NCBI GenBank assembly: GCA_031370755.1
Contig: JANMQZ010000093.1
Span: forward strand, 576-64,575
DNA length: 64,000 nt
Origin: Actinomycetes bacterium
GTDB taxonomy: Bacteria; Actinomycetota; Thermoleophilia; Gaiellales; Gaiellaceae
Direction of reading: 5' to 3'
Shown here: positions 11,390 through 20,357 of the stretch, piece after piece
How the letters are laid out: every line of letters begins with the position of its first letter
Position numbering within the stretch: the first letter of the stretch is position 1
Position numbers and translations under genes: made by a program
The notes under the pieces: generated by a model
The model's database searches: none
Seen by the model: only the letters and a program-made list of their open reading frames with translations
Told to the model about the DNA's origin: nothing

Positions 11390-12319
11390 GTGAGCGCCGC
11401 CACGCCTCTCATCCATGCGCAGGGGCTCCGCAAGGAGTTCGGGACGCTGGTCGCCGTCGACGGCATCGACTTCGACGTGCAGCGGGGCGAGGCGTTCGGC
11501 TTCCTCGGCCCGAACGGTGCCGGTAAGAGCTCGACGATGCGGATGATCGGCTGCGTCTCGCCGCCGTCCGGCGGCACGCTGCGCATCCTCGACATGGACC
11601 CCGTGCACGACGGGCCGAAGATCCGCGCCCGGCTCGGCGTCGTGCCGCAGATGGACACGCTCGATCTCGAGCTCACCGTCCGGGAGAACCTGATCATCTA
11701 CGGCCGCTACTTCGGGCTCTCGCGGAAGGCCGTCCGCGAGCGCGCCGACGAGCTGCTCGAGTTCGTGCAGCTTTCCGAACGGGCGAACGACCGCGTCGAG
11801 CCGCTCTCGGGCGGCATGAAGCGCCGCCTGACGATCGCGCGCGCGCTCGTCAACGAGCCCGAGGTGCTGCTGCTCGACGAGCCGACGACGGGCCTCGACC
11901 CGCAGGCGCGCCACGTCGTGTGGGACCGGCTCTTCCGCCTGAAGCAGCAGGGGGTGACGCTCGTGCTGACGACGCACTACATGGACGAGGCCGAGCAGCT
12001 CTGCGACCGGCTCGTCGTCATGGACCGCGGCTCGATCGCCGAGGGCGGCTCGCCGCTCGAGCTGATCCGCCGGCTCTCGACGCGCGAGGTCGTCGAGCTC
12101 CGCTTCGCGAACGAGGCGCCGCACGTCGACGAGCAGACGTTCGACGGCCAGGTCGCGCGGATCGAAAAGCTGCCCGACCGGATCCTCCTCTACACGGACG
12201 ACGGCGACGCGCTCGTGCCCGTCGCGCACGAGCGGCTGCATCCGCAGAGCGTGCTCGTGCGACGCTCGACGCTCGAGGACGTCTTCCTTCGACTCACCGG
12301 GCGCACGCTCGTCGACTGA
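11390..12319 (+). CDS. ABC transporter ATP-binding protein (ABC-2 / NodI-DrrA-like)
   Basis: Walker A GPNGAGKSST, signature LSGGMKRRL, Walker B LLLLDEPTTGLD. Confidence 0.92.
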   Translation: MSAATPLIHAQGLRKEFGTLVAVDGIDFDVQRGEAFGFLGPNGAGKSSTMRMIGCVSPPSGGTLRILDMDPVHDGPKIRARLGVVPQMDTLDLELTVRENLIIYGRYFGLSRKAVRERADELLEFVQLSERANDRVEPLSGGMKRRLTIARALVNEPEVLLLDEPTTGLDPQARHVVWDRLFRLKQQGVTLVLTTHYMDEAEQLCDRLVVMDRGSIAEGGSPLELIRRLSTREVVELRFANEAPHVDEQTFDGQVARIEKLPDRILLYTDDGDALVPVAHERLHPQSVLVRRSTLEDVFLRLTGRTLVD

Positions 12320-13080
12320 TGGCGTACGCGCTCCGCTCGTTCGAATACTGGGCGTACTCGTACCGTCGCGTCTGGCGCGGCAGCATCGTCACGAGCATCA
12401 TCGGCCCGGTGCTCTATCTGAGCGCGCTCGGCGTCGGGCTCGGCACGCTCGTCAACAAGGGCAACAAGCTCGGCGTTCCGTACCTCGACTACGTTGCTCC
12501 GGGCATCCTCGCGGCGACGGCGATGCAGCTCGGGACGTTCGAGTCGTCCTATCCCGTCATGGCGGCGATCCGCTGGACTCGCCAGTTTCACGCGATGCTG
12601 TCGACGCCGTTGCGCGTGCGCGATCTCATCCTCGGCCACCAGCTCTACATCGCGTGCCGCTTGACGATGGTCGGTGCGATCTATCTCGCGATTCTCGCCG
12701 CGTTCGGCGCGCTGCACTCGCCGCTCGCGATCATCGCGCTGCCCGTCGTGGTGCTCATCGGGCTCGCGCACTCGGCGCCGGTGACCGCGTTCTCCGCGTG
12801 GCTCGAGCGCGACGAGGGCTTCAACGCGCTCTTTCGTTTCGGCGTCATGCCGATGTTCCTGTTCTCCGGGACGTTCTTCCCCGTCACGCGCCTGCCGCAT
12901 CCATTTCGCGAAGTCGCCTACGCGACACCGCTCTGGAACGGCGTCGACCTGACGCGCCATTTGACGCTCGGCACCGCGACGCTGTGGCGATCACTGGCAC
13001 ACGTCGCGTATCTGCTCCTGTGGATCGCCGTCGGCCAGGTGCTCGCGCGGCGCACGTTCCAGAAGAGGCTCGTGCTGTGA
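12319..13080 (+). CDS. ABC-2 type transporter permease
   Basis: MAYALRSFEYWAYSYRRVWRGSIVTSIIGPVLYL..., multi-TM. TGATG coupling to the ATPase gene. Confidence 0.88.
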   Translation: MAYALRSFEYWAYSYRRVWRGSIVTSIIGPVLYLSALGVGLGTLVNKGNKLGVPYLDYVAPGILAATAMQLGTFESSYPVMAAIRWTRQFHAMLSTPLRVRDLILGHQLYIACRLTMVGAIYLAILAAFGALHSPLAIIALPVVVLIGLAHSAPVTAFSAWLERDEGFNALFRFGVMPMFLFSGTFFPVTRLPHPFREVAYATPLWNGVDLTRHLTLGTATLWRSLAHVAYLLLWIAVGQVLARRTFQKRLVL

Positions 13081-13847
13081 GCGCGCTCGCGTTCGGCGGC
13101 CGTACGCGCGGCCATCTGCTCTTCGAGCGGAACCTCATGGTCTACCGCCGGACGTGGCTGACGATCATCAGCGGCTTCTTCGAGCCGATCTTCTATCTCT
13201 TCTCGCTCGGGCTCGGCCTCGGTCACTTCGTCGGCCGCGTGCACGGCGTCTCGTACGCCGCATACATCGCGCCCGCGCTGCTCGCCTCCTCGGCGATGAA
13301 CGGCGCCGTCTACGACGGGATGACGAACGTCTTCTGGAAGCTGCGCTACGGCAAGGTCTACGACGCGATGCTCTCGACGCCGATCGATCCGACGGACGTC
13401 GCGATCGGCGAAACGGCGTGGGCGCAGTTCCGCGGCCTCCTCTACTCGACGGGCTTCGTGATCACGATCGCCGCGCTCGGGCTCATCCACTCGTGGTGGG
13501 GCCTCCTCGCCTTGCCGGCCGCGTTCGTCGTCGGGTTCGGCTTCGCCGGGATGGCGATCGGCACCTCGACGTTCATCCGCAGCTGGCAGGACTTCGACAC
13601 CGTGCAGCTCGTGCAGCTGCCGATGTTCCTCTTCAGCGCGACCTTTTATCCGCTCTCGGTGTACCCGGTGGCGATTCAGTGGTTCGTGCGCGTGTCACCG
13701 CTCTATCACGCGATCACGCTCATCCGGTCGTTCACGCTCGGCACCGTCGGGCCGGTCAACCTCGTGAACGCGGGGTACCTCATCGCGCTCGGCCTCTTCG
13801 GAATCTGGCTAGCCCGGCGCCGGATGGCCGGGCTGCTGCTCACCTAG
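13077..13847 (+). CDS. ABC-2 type transporter permease (second subunit)
   Basis: GTGA overlap with the previous permease. FERNLMVYRRTWLTIISGFFEPIFYLFSLGLGLG. Paralogous to the previous gene. Confidence 0.88.
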   Translation: MSALAFGGRTRGHLLFERNLMVYRRTWLTIISGFFEPIFYLFSLGLGLGHFVGRVHGVSYAAYIAPALLASSAMNGAVYDGMTNVFWKLRYGKVYDAMLSTPIDPTDVAIGETAWAQFRGLLYSTGFVITIAALGLIHSWWGLLALPAAFVVGFGFAGMAIGTSTFIRSWQDFDTVQLVQLPMFLFSATFYPLSVYPVAIQWFVRVSPLYHAITLIRSFTLGTVGPVNLVNAGYLIALGLFGIWLARRRMAGLLLT

Positions 13848-13851
13848 AACA

Positions 13852-13925
13852 TGGGCGATCGTGGATTCGAACCACGGACCTCCGCCTTATCAGAGCGGCG
13901 CTCTAACCAACTGAGCTAATCGCCC
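13852..13925 (-). tRNA. tRNA-Ile (anticodon GAT)
   Basis: Minus strand reads GGGCGAT-TA-GCTC-AGTTGGTTA-GAGC-G-CCGCT-CTGATAA-GGCGG-AGGTC-CGTGG-TTCGAAT-CCACG-ATCGCCC-A. 74 nt, no encoded CCA. Confidence 0.95.
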
Positions 13926-13964
13926 GTTACGGGAGCGCCAGTGTAGCGCGCGGGAGGGACCCTC

Positions 13965-14213
13965 CTAGTGCACGCGCTGGGTCTTGCGGAGGTAGTCCTC
14001 GACGGCCAGCAGGAACGCCCGGTCGGCAGCAAGCTCGGCGAGCTGGCCCTTCGTCGCATCGTCGAGCTCGTCGTCGCGGGCGACCTCGGCGAGGAAGTTC
14101 GGCAGGCGGCCGTCGTGCGACATCGCCGCCATCCGCAGGAAGATCTTCCGTGCGTCGGCGTTCTGGGAGATCGCCTCGAGCGAGTCGAGATCTTCGAGCC
14201 ATGGTCCGACCAT
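13965..14213 (-). CDS. Hypothetical acidic 82-aa protein
   Basis: C-terminal part of track ORF 13965..14702. ATG 14213 gives MVGPWLEDLDSLEAISQNADARKIFLRMAAMSHDGRLPNFLAEV... Very high GC3 by hand translation. The upstream part of the long ORF is antisense to real genes. Confidence 0.6.
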   Translation of the reverse strand: MVGPWLEDLDSLEAISQNADARKIFLRMAAMSHDGRLPNFLAEVARDDELDDATKGQLAELAADRAFLLAVEDYLRKTQRVH

Positions 14214-14318
14214 CGGAGCTTCAACGCCGGCGCCGACCCGGTGGATACGGCTCGGTTCAGGGATGGTGGCGCAGCCCCGCGGTGCCGATCCCATGAGGGG
14301 CTTCCAGCCCTGCGGCAT

Positions 14319-14504
14319 ATGGAAATCGGCGACGACGTCCTCTGGCACGGACGCACGCTGCGTCTGCTCGGGCACGAGCCGATGAGCGTGCCGAATCGGC
14401 GCGCCCAAGTCGAGGATGCGGCGACCGGGGAGCGTTTCGACGTCCCGTACGACGAGCTCGAAGAGGCGTCCCGGGAGGCGCGAGGTTTCGACCCTGAGGC
14501 CTGA
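14319..14504 (+). CDS. Hypothetical 61-aa protein
   Basis: ATG 14319 gives MEIGDDVLWHGRTLRLLGHEPMSVPNRRAQVEDAATGERFDVPYDELEEASREARGFDPEA. GC3 about 80% by hand count. No clear SD. Confidence 0.35.
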   Translation: MEIGDDVLWHGRTLRLLGHEPMSVPNRRAQVEDAATGERFDVPYDELEEASREARGFDPEA

Positions 14505-14528
14505 GCTATATTCGGCTCGAGGTCGGGT

Positions 14529-15041
14529 TTGCACGAAATGCTCATCTACGGTGTCAGCTTCGACTTGGTCGGCAAGCAGCCGATCGTTCTCTTGAAGACC
14601 GCCGACGGCAACAAGTTCCTGCCGATCTGGATCGGTCATCCAGAAGCAGCCGCGATCCTGATGAAGCTGCAGAGCCAGGCGTCGCCGCGCCCGATGACGC
14701 ACGACCTGCTGAGCGACATGCTCGAGCAGCTGGAGGCGCAGGTCATCCGCATCACCGTCACCGAGTTGCGGGAGAACACGTTCTACGCGCAGATCACGGT
14801 GCAGCAGGACGGACGCGAGATCGAGGTCGACTCGCGACCGTCCGACGCGATCGCGCTTGCGATTCGCGCGGAGGCGCCGATCTTCGCGGCTGACCGCGTG
14901 ATCGAGGAGTCGGCGATCGAGTTCGAGGGCGACGACGTCGACCAGGAGCAGCTCGAGGCCGAGGTGCAGAAGTTCAAGAGCTTCCTCGAGGACGTCACGC
15001 CCGAGGACTTCGCCGTCGAGAACGGCGAAGAAGACTCCTAG
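14529..15041 (+). CDS. Bifunctional nuclease family protein (DUF151/BFN)
   Basis: QPIVLLKTADGNKFLPIWIGHPEAAAILMKL...PRPMTHDLL...FYAQITV...DSRPSDAIALAIR. TTG start with GAGG 7 nt upstream; ATG 14538 is an alternative. Confidence 0.88.
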   Translation: MHEMLIYGVSFDLVGKQPIVLLKTADGNKFLPIWIGHPEAAAILMKLQSQASPRPMTHDLLSDMLEQLEAQVIRITVTELRENTFYAQITVQQDGREIEVDSRPSDAIALAIRAEAPIFAADRVIEESAIEFEGDDVDQEQLEAEVQKFKSFLEDVTPEDFAVENGEEDS

Positions 15042-15736
15042 CTCAGGACGGCGACGGCCAGTGCCGCGCCGTTGAAGAGCGCGTGCACGACCATCCCGGG
15101 ATAGACGCTGTCGGTGCGGTCACGCACGTACGCGAGCGCGACGCCGAACGGTACGAGAATAAGCAGCGCCTCGAGCAGCCCATGCGTCGCGCCGAACGCG
15201 ACGCCGACGACGAGGATCGACGGCCAGCGGCCGAGGAAGCGCAGCAGCGACTGGCCGAGCCCTCGAAACATCAACTCCTCGACGAGCGGCGCGACGACTG
15301 TGAAGAGCACGACGTTCGCGGCGAACGCGCCCGCGTATCGCGGCTCCCAGTGCGTCGGTGCAATGCCCTGCTCGTGGCTCGGGCTCTGCGGCAGCGGCAG
15401 GACGGAGACGACGGCGGATACCGCGTAGATTGCGCCGATCGCGCCGACGCAGAGCCCCGCCGCGCGTCGCCACGAGCGCGGGCGCCGCAGCGCGAGCAGG
15501 TCGTGGCGACCGGTTGCGATCGCGAGCACGATCCCGAACCAGATCGCGTACACGATCAGTCCGCCCGAGAACGCCGACCAGCTGTAGACGTCGTCGCGGC
15601 CGCCGCGCGCGGACGACGATGACGACGACGTGAACCGCGCGGCGTAGTTGAGGCCCGCGATGACGATGACGAGCGACGTCCAGGCGGCGAGTCGGATGCG
15701 GTTCACGCGCGGCTCCATCGGCGCATAGGGTTGCAC
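15038..15736 (-). CDS. CPBP family intramembrane glutamic endopeptidase (CAAX/Abi)
   Basis: Motifs EELMFRG, FGATHG and HALFN in a multi-TM protein. GTG 15736 lies only 2 nt from the divergent neighbour; ATG 15718 is an alternative. Confidence 0.88.
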   Translation of the reverse strand: MQPYAPMEPRVNRIRLAAWTSLVIVIAGLNYAARFTSSSSSSARGGRDDVYSWSAFSGGLIVYAIWFGIVLAIATGRHDLLALRRPRSWRRAAGLCVGAIGAIYAVSAVVSVLPLPQSPSHEQGIAPTHWEPRYAGAFAANVVLFTVVAPLVEELMFRGLGQSLLRFLGRWPSILVVGVAFGATHGLLEALLILVPFGVALAYVRDRTDSVYPGMVVHALFNGAALAVAVLS

Positions 15737-15738
15737 TC

Positions 15739-16143
15739 GTGCGCCACTTCACACCAGAGGAGGCGAAGGCAGCGCTCGCGGACGTCCGCCCGGCCGTCGA
15801 GCGGATGGTCGCTCATCGCCGCGCTCACGTGGAGGCGCTGGCCCGGCAGGAGGAGCTCGAAGGGCACATTCGCGGGAACGGCGGCGGCATCCCCCCGGCC
15901 GAGCTCGCCGAAGCGGCGGCCGAGGTCGAGCGTGATGCGCGGGAGCTCGCGCACACGATCGACGAGCTCACGGAGCTCGGCGTCGAGGTGAAGGACATCG
16001 ACGAGGGTCTCGTCGACTTCCCCGCGCTGCGCGGCGGTGAGACGGTGCTGCTCTGCTGGAAGCTCGGCGAAGACGACATCGAGTACTGGCACACGCTCGA
16101 GGACGGGTTCGCCGGCCGGCGGCCGCTGCCACTCGACGACTGA
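15739..16143 (+). CDS. DUF2203 family protein
   Basis: MRHFTPEEAKAAL...LGVEVKDIDEGLVDFPALRGGETVLLCWKLGEDDIEYWHTLEDGFAGRRPL. Confidence 0.8.
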   Translation: MRHFTPEEAKAALADVRPAVERMVAHRRAHVEALARQEELEGHIRGNGGGIPPAELAEAAAEVERDARELAHTIDELTELGVEVKDIDEGLVDFPALRGGETVLLCWKLGEDDIEYWHTLEDGFAGRRPLPLDD

Positions 16144-16179
16144 GGATCTGGGGCGCCGCCGTCGAAGGAGAAGAGCCGA

Positions 16180-16905
16180 ATGTCCTTCTGGCATCGCCTC
16201 ATCATCGCGGCCGCCGTCTTCGTCACGGTCTCGCTCGTCGCCCGCCTCATCGACTGGCGGCTGTCTCGACGAACGCTCGCACCGGAATCGGCGACGCGGT
16301 ATCGCATTCTGCGGCGCAGCGTGATGGTGTCGATCCTCGTCGTCGGCTTCTTCTCGTCGCTGCTCGTCATCCCACAGGTGCGGGCAATCGCGGGCGGGCT
16401 GCTCGCCTCGTCGGCCGTGCTCGGCGTGATCATCGGGTTTGCGTCGCAGCGGACACTCGGCAACTTCGTCGCCGGACTGCTGATCGCGATCGCGCAACCC
16501 GTGCGTCTCGGCGACCGTGTGACCTATGAAGGCGAGGACGGGATCGTCGAGGAGATCGGCCTCACCTACACCTACATCCGTACCCAGGACCGCACCCGGC
16601 TCGTCGTCCCGAACGAGAAGCTCGCCTCGGATACCATTCGCAACTCGACGATTCGGGGTAGGGAGACGTTCGCAGAGATCACCGTGCAGGTTCCGCTCTC
16701 AGCCGATCTCGAAGCAGTGGTCGACGAGCTCCGCGAAGAGGTCGCCGACGAAAGCGACGCCTTGGTCTATGTCAGCTCACTCAATGGCAATGCAACCGTG
16801 ACCATTCGCGCGTCCGCGCGCGACGAGGACGTCGCGCAACAGCTCGAGCGCGACCTGCGCGTGCGCTCGCATGGGCGCCTGCGCGCCCTGGGCATCTGGG
16901 GATGA
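16180..16905 (+). CDS. Small mechanosensitive ion channel (MscS family)
   Basis: TM helices, then GFASQRTLGNFVAGLLIAIAQPVRLGDRV...GIVEEIGLTYTYIRTQDRTRLVVPNEKL. Confidence 0.88.
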   Translation: MSFWHRLIIAAAVFVTVSLVARLIDWRLSRRTLAPESATRYRILRRSVMVSILVVGFFSSLLVIPQVRAIAGGLLASSAVLGVIIGFASQRTLGNFVAGLLIAIAQPVRLGDRVTYEGEDGIVEEIGLTYTYIRTQDRTRLVVPNEKLASDTIRNSTIRGRETFAEITVQVPLSADLEAVVDELREEVADESDALVYVSSLNGNATVTIRASARDEDVAQQLERDLRVRSHGRLRALGIWG

Positions 16906-19103
16906 CGCCCTCCCCCCCGCCGCAGGGCCGCCGGCGCTCGGCCGAGCCGCCGGGCGCGACTCGCCGCCGCCGGAAGCGCCGCGCCCGCGCGCGCAAGCAG
17001 CACTCGCGCCGCACCGTTCTGCTCGCGTCGCTCGTCGGGCTGCCGGTGATCATCGTCGTCGCGGGCACGGTCGGCGCGACAGCGGTGTTCGGCTCCCGTT
17101 GCGATCTCAACGCACTGCGCCCTGTCGCCGTCGGCCAGAACTCGTTCGTCTACGCCGCCAATGGCACGGAGCTCGGAGTCATCCCGGCGGAGCGCAATCG
17201 CACACCGGTGACGCGCGGCGAGATCAGCCCCTGGGTGCCGAAGGCGACCGTTGCGGTCGAGGACCGGCGTTTCTACTCGCACGGCGGCGTCGATCCGGTC
17301 GGCATCGCCCGCGCCGTCGTCGCGGACGTCCAGGCCGGCAAGGTCGTCCAGGGCGGCTCGACGATCACGCAGGAGCTCGTGCGCAATCTCTATCTCTCGC
17401 GCGAGCGGACGTTCAAGCGCAAGCTGATCGAGGCCTGCCTCTCGATCAAGCTCTCGCGGCAGTGGTCGAAGGACCGGATCCTGACCGCGTACATGAACCA
17501 GGTGTTCTACGGCAATCACGCGTATGGAATCGAAGCCGCTGCCGAGACGTACTTCTCGCGCACGGCGAAGGACTTGACGCTCGAGCAGGCGGCGCTCCTC
17601 GCCGGCCTGCCGCAGGCGCCGTCGAGCTACGACCCGTTCCGGAATCCGTCTGAGGCGCTCGGGCGTCGCAACGACGTCCTGAAAGCGATGCTCGTGAATC
17701 GCGACATCACGTCGTCGGAGTACGAGCGCGCGAAGGCTCAGACCGATCTCGGCCTCAAGGCCGGCCGCCGCTTCATCCGCATCCGCGAGCCGTACTTCTT
17801 CAGCTACGTGCAAGAGCTGCTGCAACAGGAGTACGGCTCCAACACCGTGCGCGAGGGCGGTCTGCGCGTGTACACGACGATCAACCCGGGCCTGCAGAAG
17901 GCCGCGACGGCGGCGATCTCGCACGTGCTGACGGAGCCGACCGATCCGGCGTCGGCGATCATCTCGATCGACCCGCGCACGGGTGCGATCAAGGCGATGG
18001 CGGCGGTGACGCCGGGTCACAAGGGCAACCAGTTCAACTTCGTCACGAGCGCGCGCCGCCAACCGGGCTCGACGTTCAAGATGATCGCGCTCACCGCGGC
18101 GGTCGCGCGCGGCATGGATCCGTTCCGCACGTCGTACCTGTCGGCGCCGCTCCACTACCAGCCCGACTCGACCTGCAACCCGAGCGACCCGAACTGTGCG
18201 TGGAACGTCGAGACATACGAGCGCTCGTACCACGGCGTCGAAACGGTCGCGAGCGCAACCGTGCAGTCCGACAACACGGTGTTCGCGCGCCTGTCGCTCG
18301 ATGTCGGCCCGGAGAACATCGTCGCGATGGCGCGCAAGCTCGGCATCCGCTCGACGCCGCTCGACGCGGTGCCGTCGATCGCGCTCGGCTCGGTCGCGGT
18401 CACGCCGATCGAGATGGCGTCCGCGTACGCGACGATTGCTGCCGGCGGGGTCTACTCGAAGCCGATGGCGATCACGAAGGTCGTGCTCCCGAACGGCAAG
18501 GTCGACACCGACGCAGGCTGGGGCTCGCCGACGCAAGAGCGGGTGATCCCCGATTGGGTCGCGTCGACCGTGACCCAGGTGCTCGAGCAGAACATGCTGT
18601 ACGGAACCGGCCGCGGCGCGCACGTCTACAACCACACGGATGCCGGCAAGACCGGCACGACCGACAACTACGCGGACGCGTGGTTCTCCGGGTACACGCC
18701 GCGCCTCATGGCGACCGTGTGGATCGGCTACCCGCAGGGCGAGGTGCCGATGCTGAACGTGCACGGGATCGCGGTCTCCGGCCCGACGTTCCCCGCGCAG
18801 ATCTGGCACCTGTTCATGAACACGGCGATCGGCAACCGGCCGGACGTGCCGTTCCCGCCCGCGCGGACTCAGCCCGTCTGGACGTCGTGGCGCGGCCAGT
18901 ACCAGTACAGCGGCGCGTACGGAACGTCGACCGATACGACAGGGACGACGGGCGCGACGACTCGGTCGCACAGCCCGACGACGCGGTCGACGCCGGTGAC
19001 GACCTTGACGCCGGTGCCGCCGACGACGACGGAGCCGCCACCCGTGACGACCGAGCCCGTGACTACGACGGCACCCCCGCCGCCGACGGCTCTCAGCCCG
19101 TAG
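16902..19103 (+). CDS. Class A penicillin-binding protein (glycosyltransferase plus transpeptidase) with Thr/Pro-rich tail
   Basis: GT51 motifs AVEDRRFYSHGGVD and GGSTITQEL. Transpeptidase motifs STFK and KTGTT. ATGA overlap with the MscS gene. Confidence 0.93.
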   Translation: MTPSPPPQGRRRSAEPPGATRRRRKRRARARKQHSRRTVLLASLVGLPVIIVVAGTVGATAVFGSRCDLNALRPVAVGQNSFVYAANGTELGVIPAERNRTPVTRGEISPWVPKATVAVEDRRFYSHGGVDPVGIARAVVADVQAGKVVQGGSTITQELVRNLYLSRERTFKRKLIEACLSIKLSRQWSKDRILTAYMNQVFYGNHAYGIEAAAETYFSRTAKDLTLEQAALLAGLPQAPSSYDPFRNPSEALGRRNDVLKAMLVNRDITSSEYERAKAQTDLGLKAGRRFIRIREPYFFSYVQELLQQEYGSNTVREGGLRVYTTINPGLQKAATAAISHVLTEPTDPASAIISIDPRTGAIKAMAAVTPGHKGNQFNFVTSARRQPGSTFKMIALTAAVARGMDPFRTSYLSAPLHYQPDSTCNPSDPNCAWNVETYERSYHGVETVASATVQSDNTVFARLSLDVGPENIVAMARKLGIRSTPLDAVPSIALGSVAVTPIEMASAYATIAAGGVYSKPMAITKVVLPNGKVDTDAGWGSPTQERVIPDWVASTVTQVLEQNMLYGTGRGAHVYNHTDAGKTGTTDNYADAWFSGYTPRLMATVWIGYPQGEVPMLNVHGIAVSGPTFPAQIWHLFMNTAIGNRPDVPFPPARTQPVWTSWRGQYQYSGAYGTSTDTTGTTGATTRSHSPTTRSTPVTTLTPVPPTTTEPPPVTTEPVTTTAPPPPTALSP

Positions 19104-20357
19104 CTACGGCCCCGTTGTTGTCGTCAGGCCGAACGTCGTCGTCGGGGCAGTCGTGGGCGGTGGCGCCGTCGTCGGCGGCGGTGCGGTGGTCGGCGGCGGT
19201 GCGGTGGTCGGCGGCGACGTTGTCGCGGTCGTCAGCTCGGTCGTCGTCGTGTTGGCGGTCGTCGTGTCGGCGGTCGTCGTCGGCCCCGACGCCGCCGTGG
19301 TCTGCGATTGCGACGGGAGCGTGATCGGCGTGAACGTGCCCGTGTCGCCCGGCGCGGAGGAGGGTCGCGTCACCTCGTAGGCGAGCGCGCCGCCGGCGAC
19401 GGCGAGCACGAGCAGCGCCGCGGCGATGATCGGCAGCCGGCTTCGCTCCGGCGGCGGTTGGGGGTACGCCTCGACCGCCGCAGCAGCCGGGGCGGCGCGC
19501 AGGACTTGCGTCGCCGCCTCGCCCACGACTGCGGTCGGCGCCGTGGTCAGGCTTGCTCCTGCGGGAACGCCGAGCTCGGCGAGCAGCGACGCGCCGTTCG
19601 GAGGACGGTCGCGCGGGTCCTTCGCGAGCGCCGCGTTCGCCGTCGACTCGAGCACTGCCGGAGCGTCCGCGCGAAGCGACGCGATCGGCGGCGGCGTGTC
19701 GTCGCGATGCTGGAGCACGAGTTGCATCGGATCGTTCGACTCGAACGGCAGCCGGCCCGTGAGCAGCCGGTAGAGGATGACCCCGAACGAGTAGACGTCG
19801 GAAGCTTCGCTCGCGGGCGCGCCTCGCGCTTGCTCAGGCGAGATGTACGCGGCGGTGCCGAGCACGGTGCCGGCTTCCGTCAGTGTCCCGTCCCCGGCGG
19901 CCATGCGCGCGATCCCGAAGTCGGCGAGCTTTGCGCGACCCTCTTCGTCGAAGAGCACGTTCGCCGGCTTGAGGTCGCGGTGCACGACACCGCGCGCGTG
20001 TGCGTGAGCGAGCCCGGCAGCGACGCCTGCTGCGATTGCGAATGCCTGGTCGTCCGGCATCGGCTTCCCGTCGCGCAGCCGCTGTTCGAGCGTTCCGCCC
20101 GGCATGTACTCGAGCACGATGTACGGACGGTCGTCCGCCTCGCCGTAGCCGTAGAGCTGCGTGACATTCGGGTGGGCGAGCGAGGCGACCGCCCGTGCCT
20201 CGCGTTCGAAGCGCGCGTTGTCCGCATTCGGTGCGAGGAGCTTTATCGCCACGCGGCGGCCGAGCTCGAGATCCTCGGCGAGCCAGACCTCGGACATCCC
20301 CCCGCGGCCGAGGAGCTCATCGAGGCGGTAACGGCCGGCGATGACGGTTTCGGGCAT
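19104..20357 (-). CDS. Ser/Thr protein kinase (PknB-like catalytic domain, one TM, Thr/Pro-rich extracellular tail, no PASTA)
   Basis: GRGGMSEVW, VAIKLL, HRDLKPANVL, DFGIAR. TM segment LPIIAAALLVLAVAGGALA. Confidence 0.93.
   Translation of the reverse strand: MPETVIAGRYRLDELLGRGGMSEVWLAEDLELGRRVAIKLLAPNADNARFEREARAVASLAHPNVTQLYGYGEADDRPYIVLEYMPGGTLEQRLRDGKPMPDDQAFAIAAGVAAGLAHAHARGVVHRDLKPANVLFDEEGRAKLADFGIARMAAGDGTLTEAGTVLGTAAYISPEQARGAPASEASDVYSFGVILYRLLTGRLPFESNDPMQLVLQHRDDTPPPIASLRADAPAVLESTANAALAKDPRDRPPNGASLLAELGVPAGASLTTAPTAVVGEAATQVLRAAPAAAAVEAYPQPPPERSRLPIIAAALLVLAVAGGALAYEVTRPSSAPGDTGTFTPITLPSQSQTTAASGPTTTADTTTANTTTTELTTATTSPPTTAPPPTTAPPPTTAPPPTTAPTTTFGLTTTTGP
19159..19215. repeat. 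18-nt tandem repeat (about 3 units) encoding TTAPPP units in the kinase tail
   Basis: GGTGCGGTGGTCGGCGGC at 19180..19197 and 19198..19215, with a degenerate copy before them. Protein reads PPTTAPPPTTAPPPTTAPPPTTAP. Confidence 0.8.

Noticed and set aside
13848-14320. Integrated element next to tRNA-Ile (and likewise next to tRNA-Phe at 40436).
   Set aside because: No integrase, excisionase, attachment-site-like tRNA 3' duplication or compositional break was seen near either tRNA.
19159-19215. Short tandem repeats as a CRISPR-like array.
   Set aside because: The units are contiguous, without spacers. They are in frame and encode a Thr/Ala/Pro repeat inside the kinase gene.
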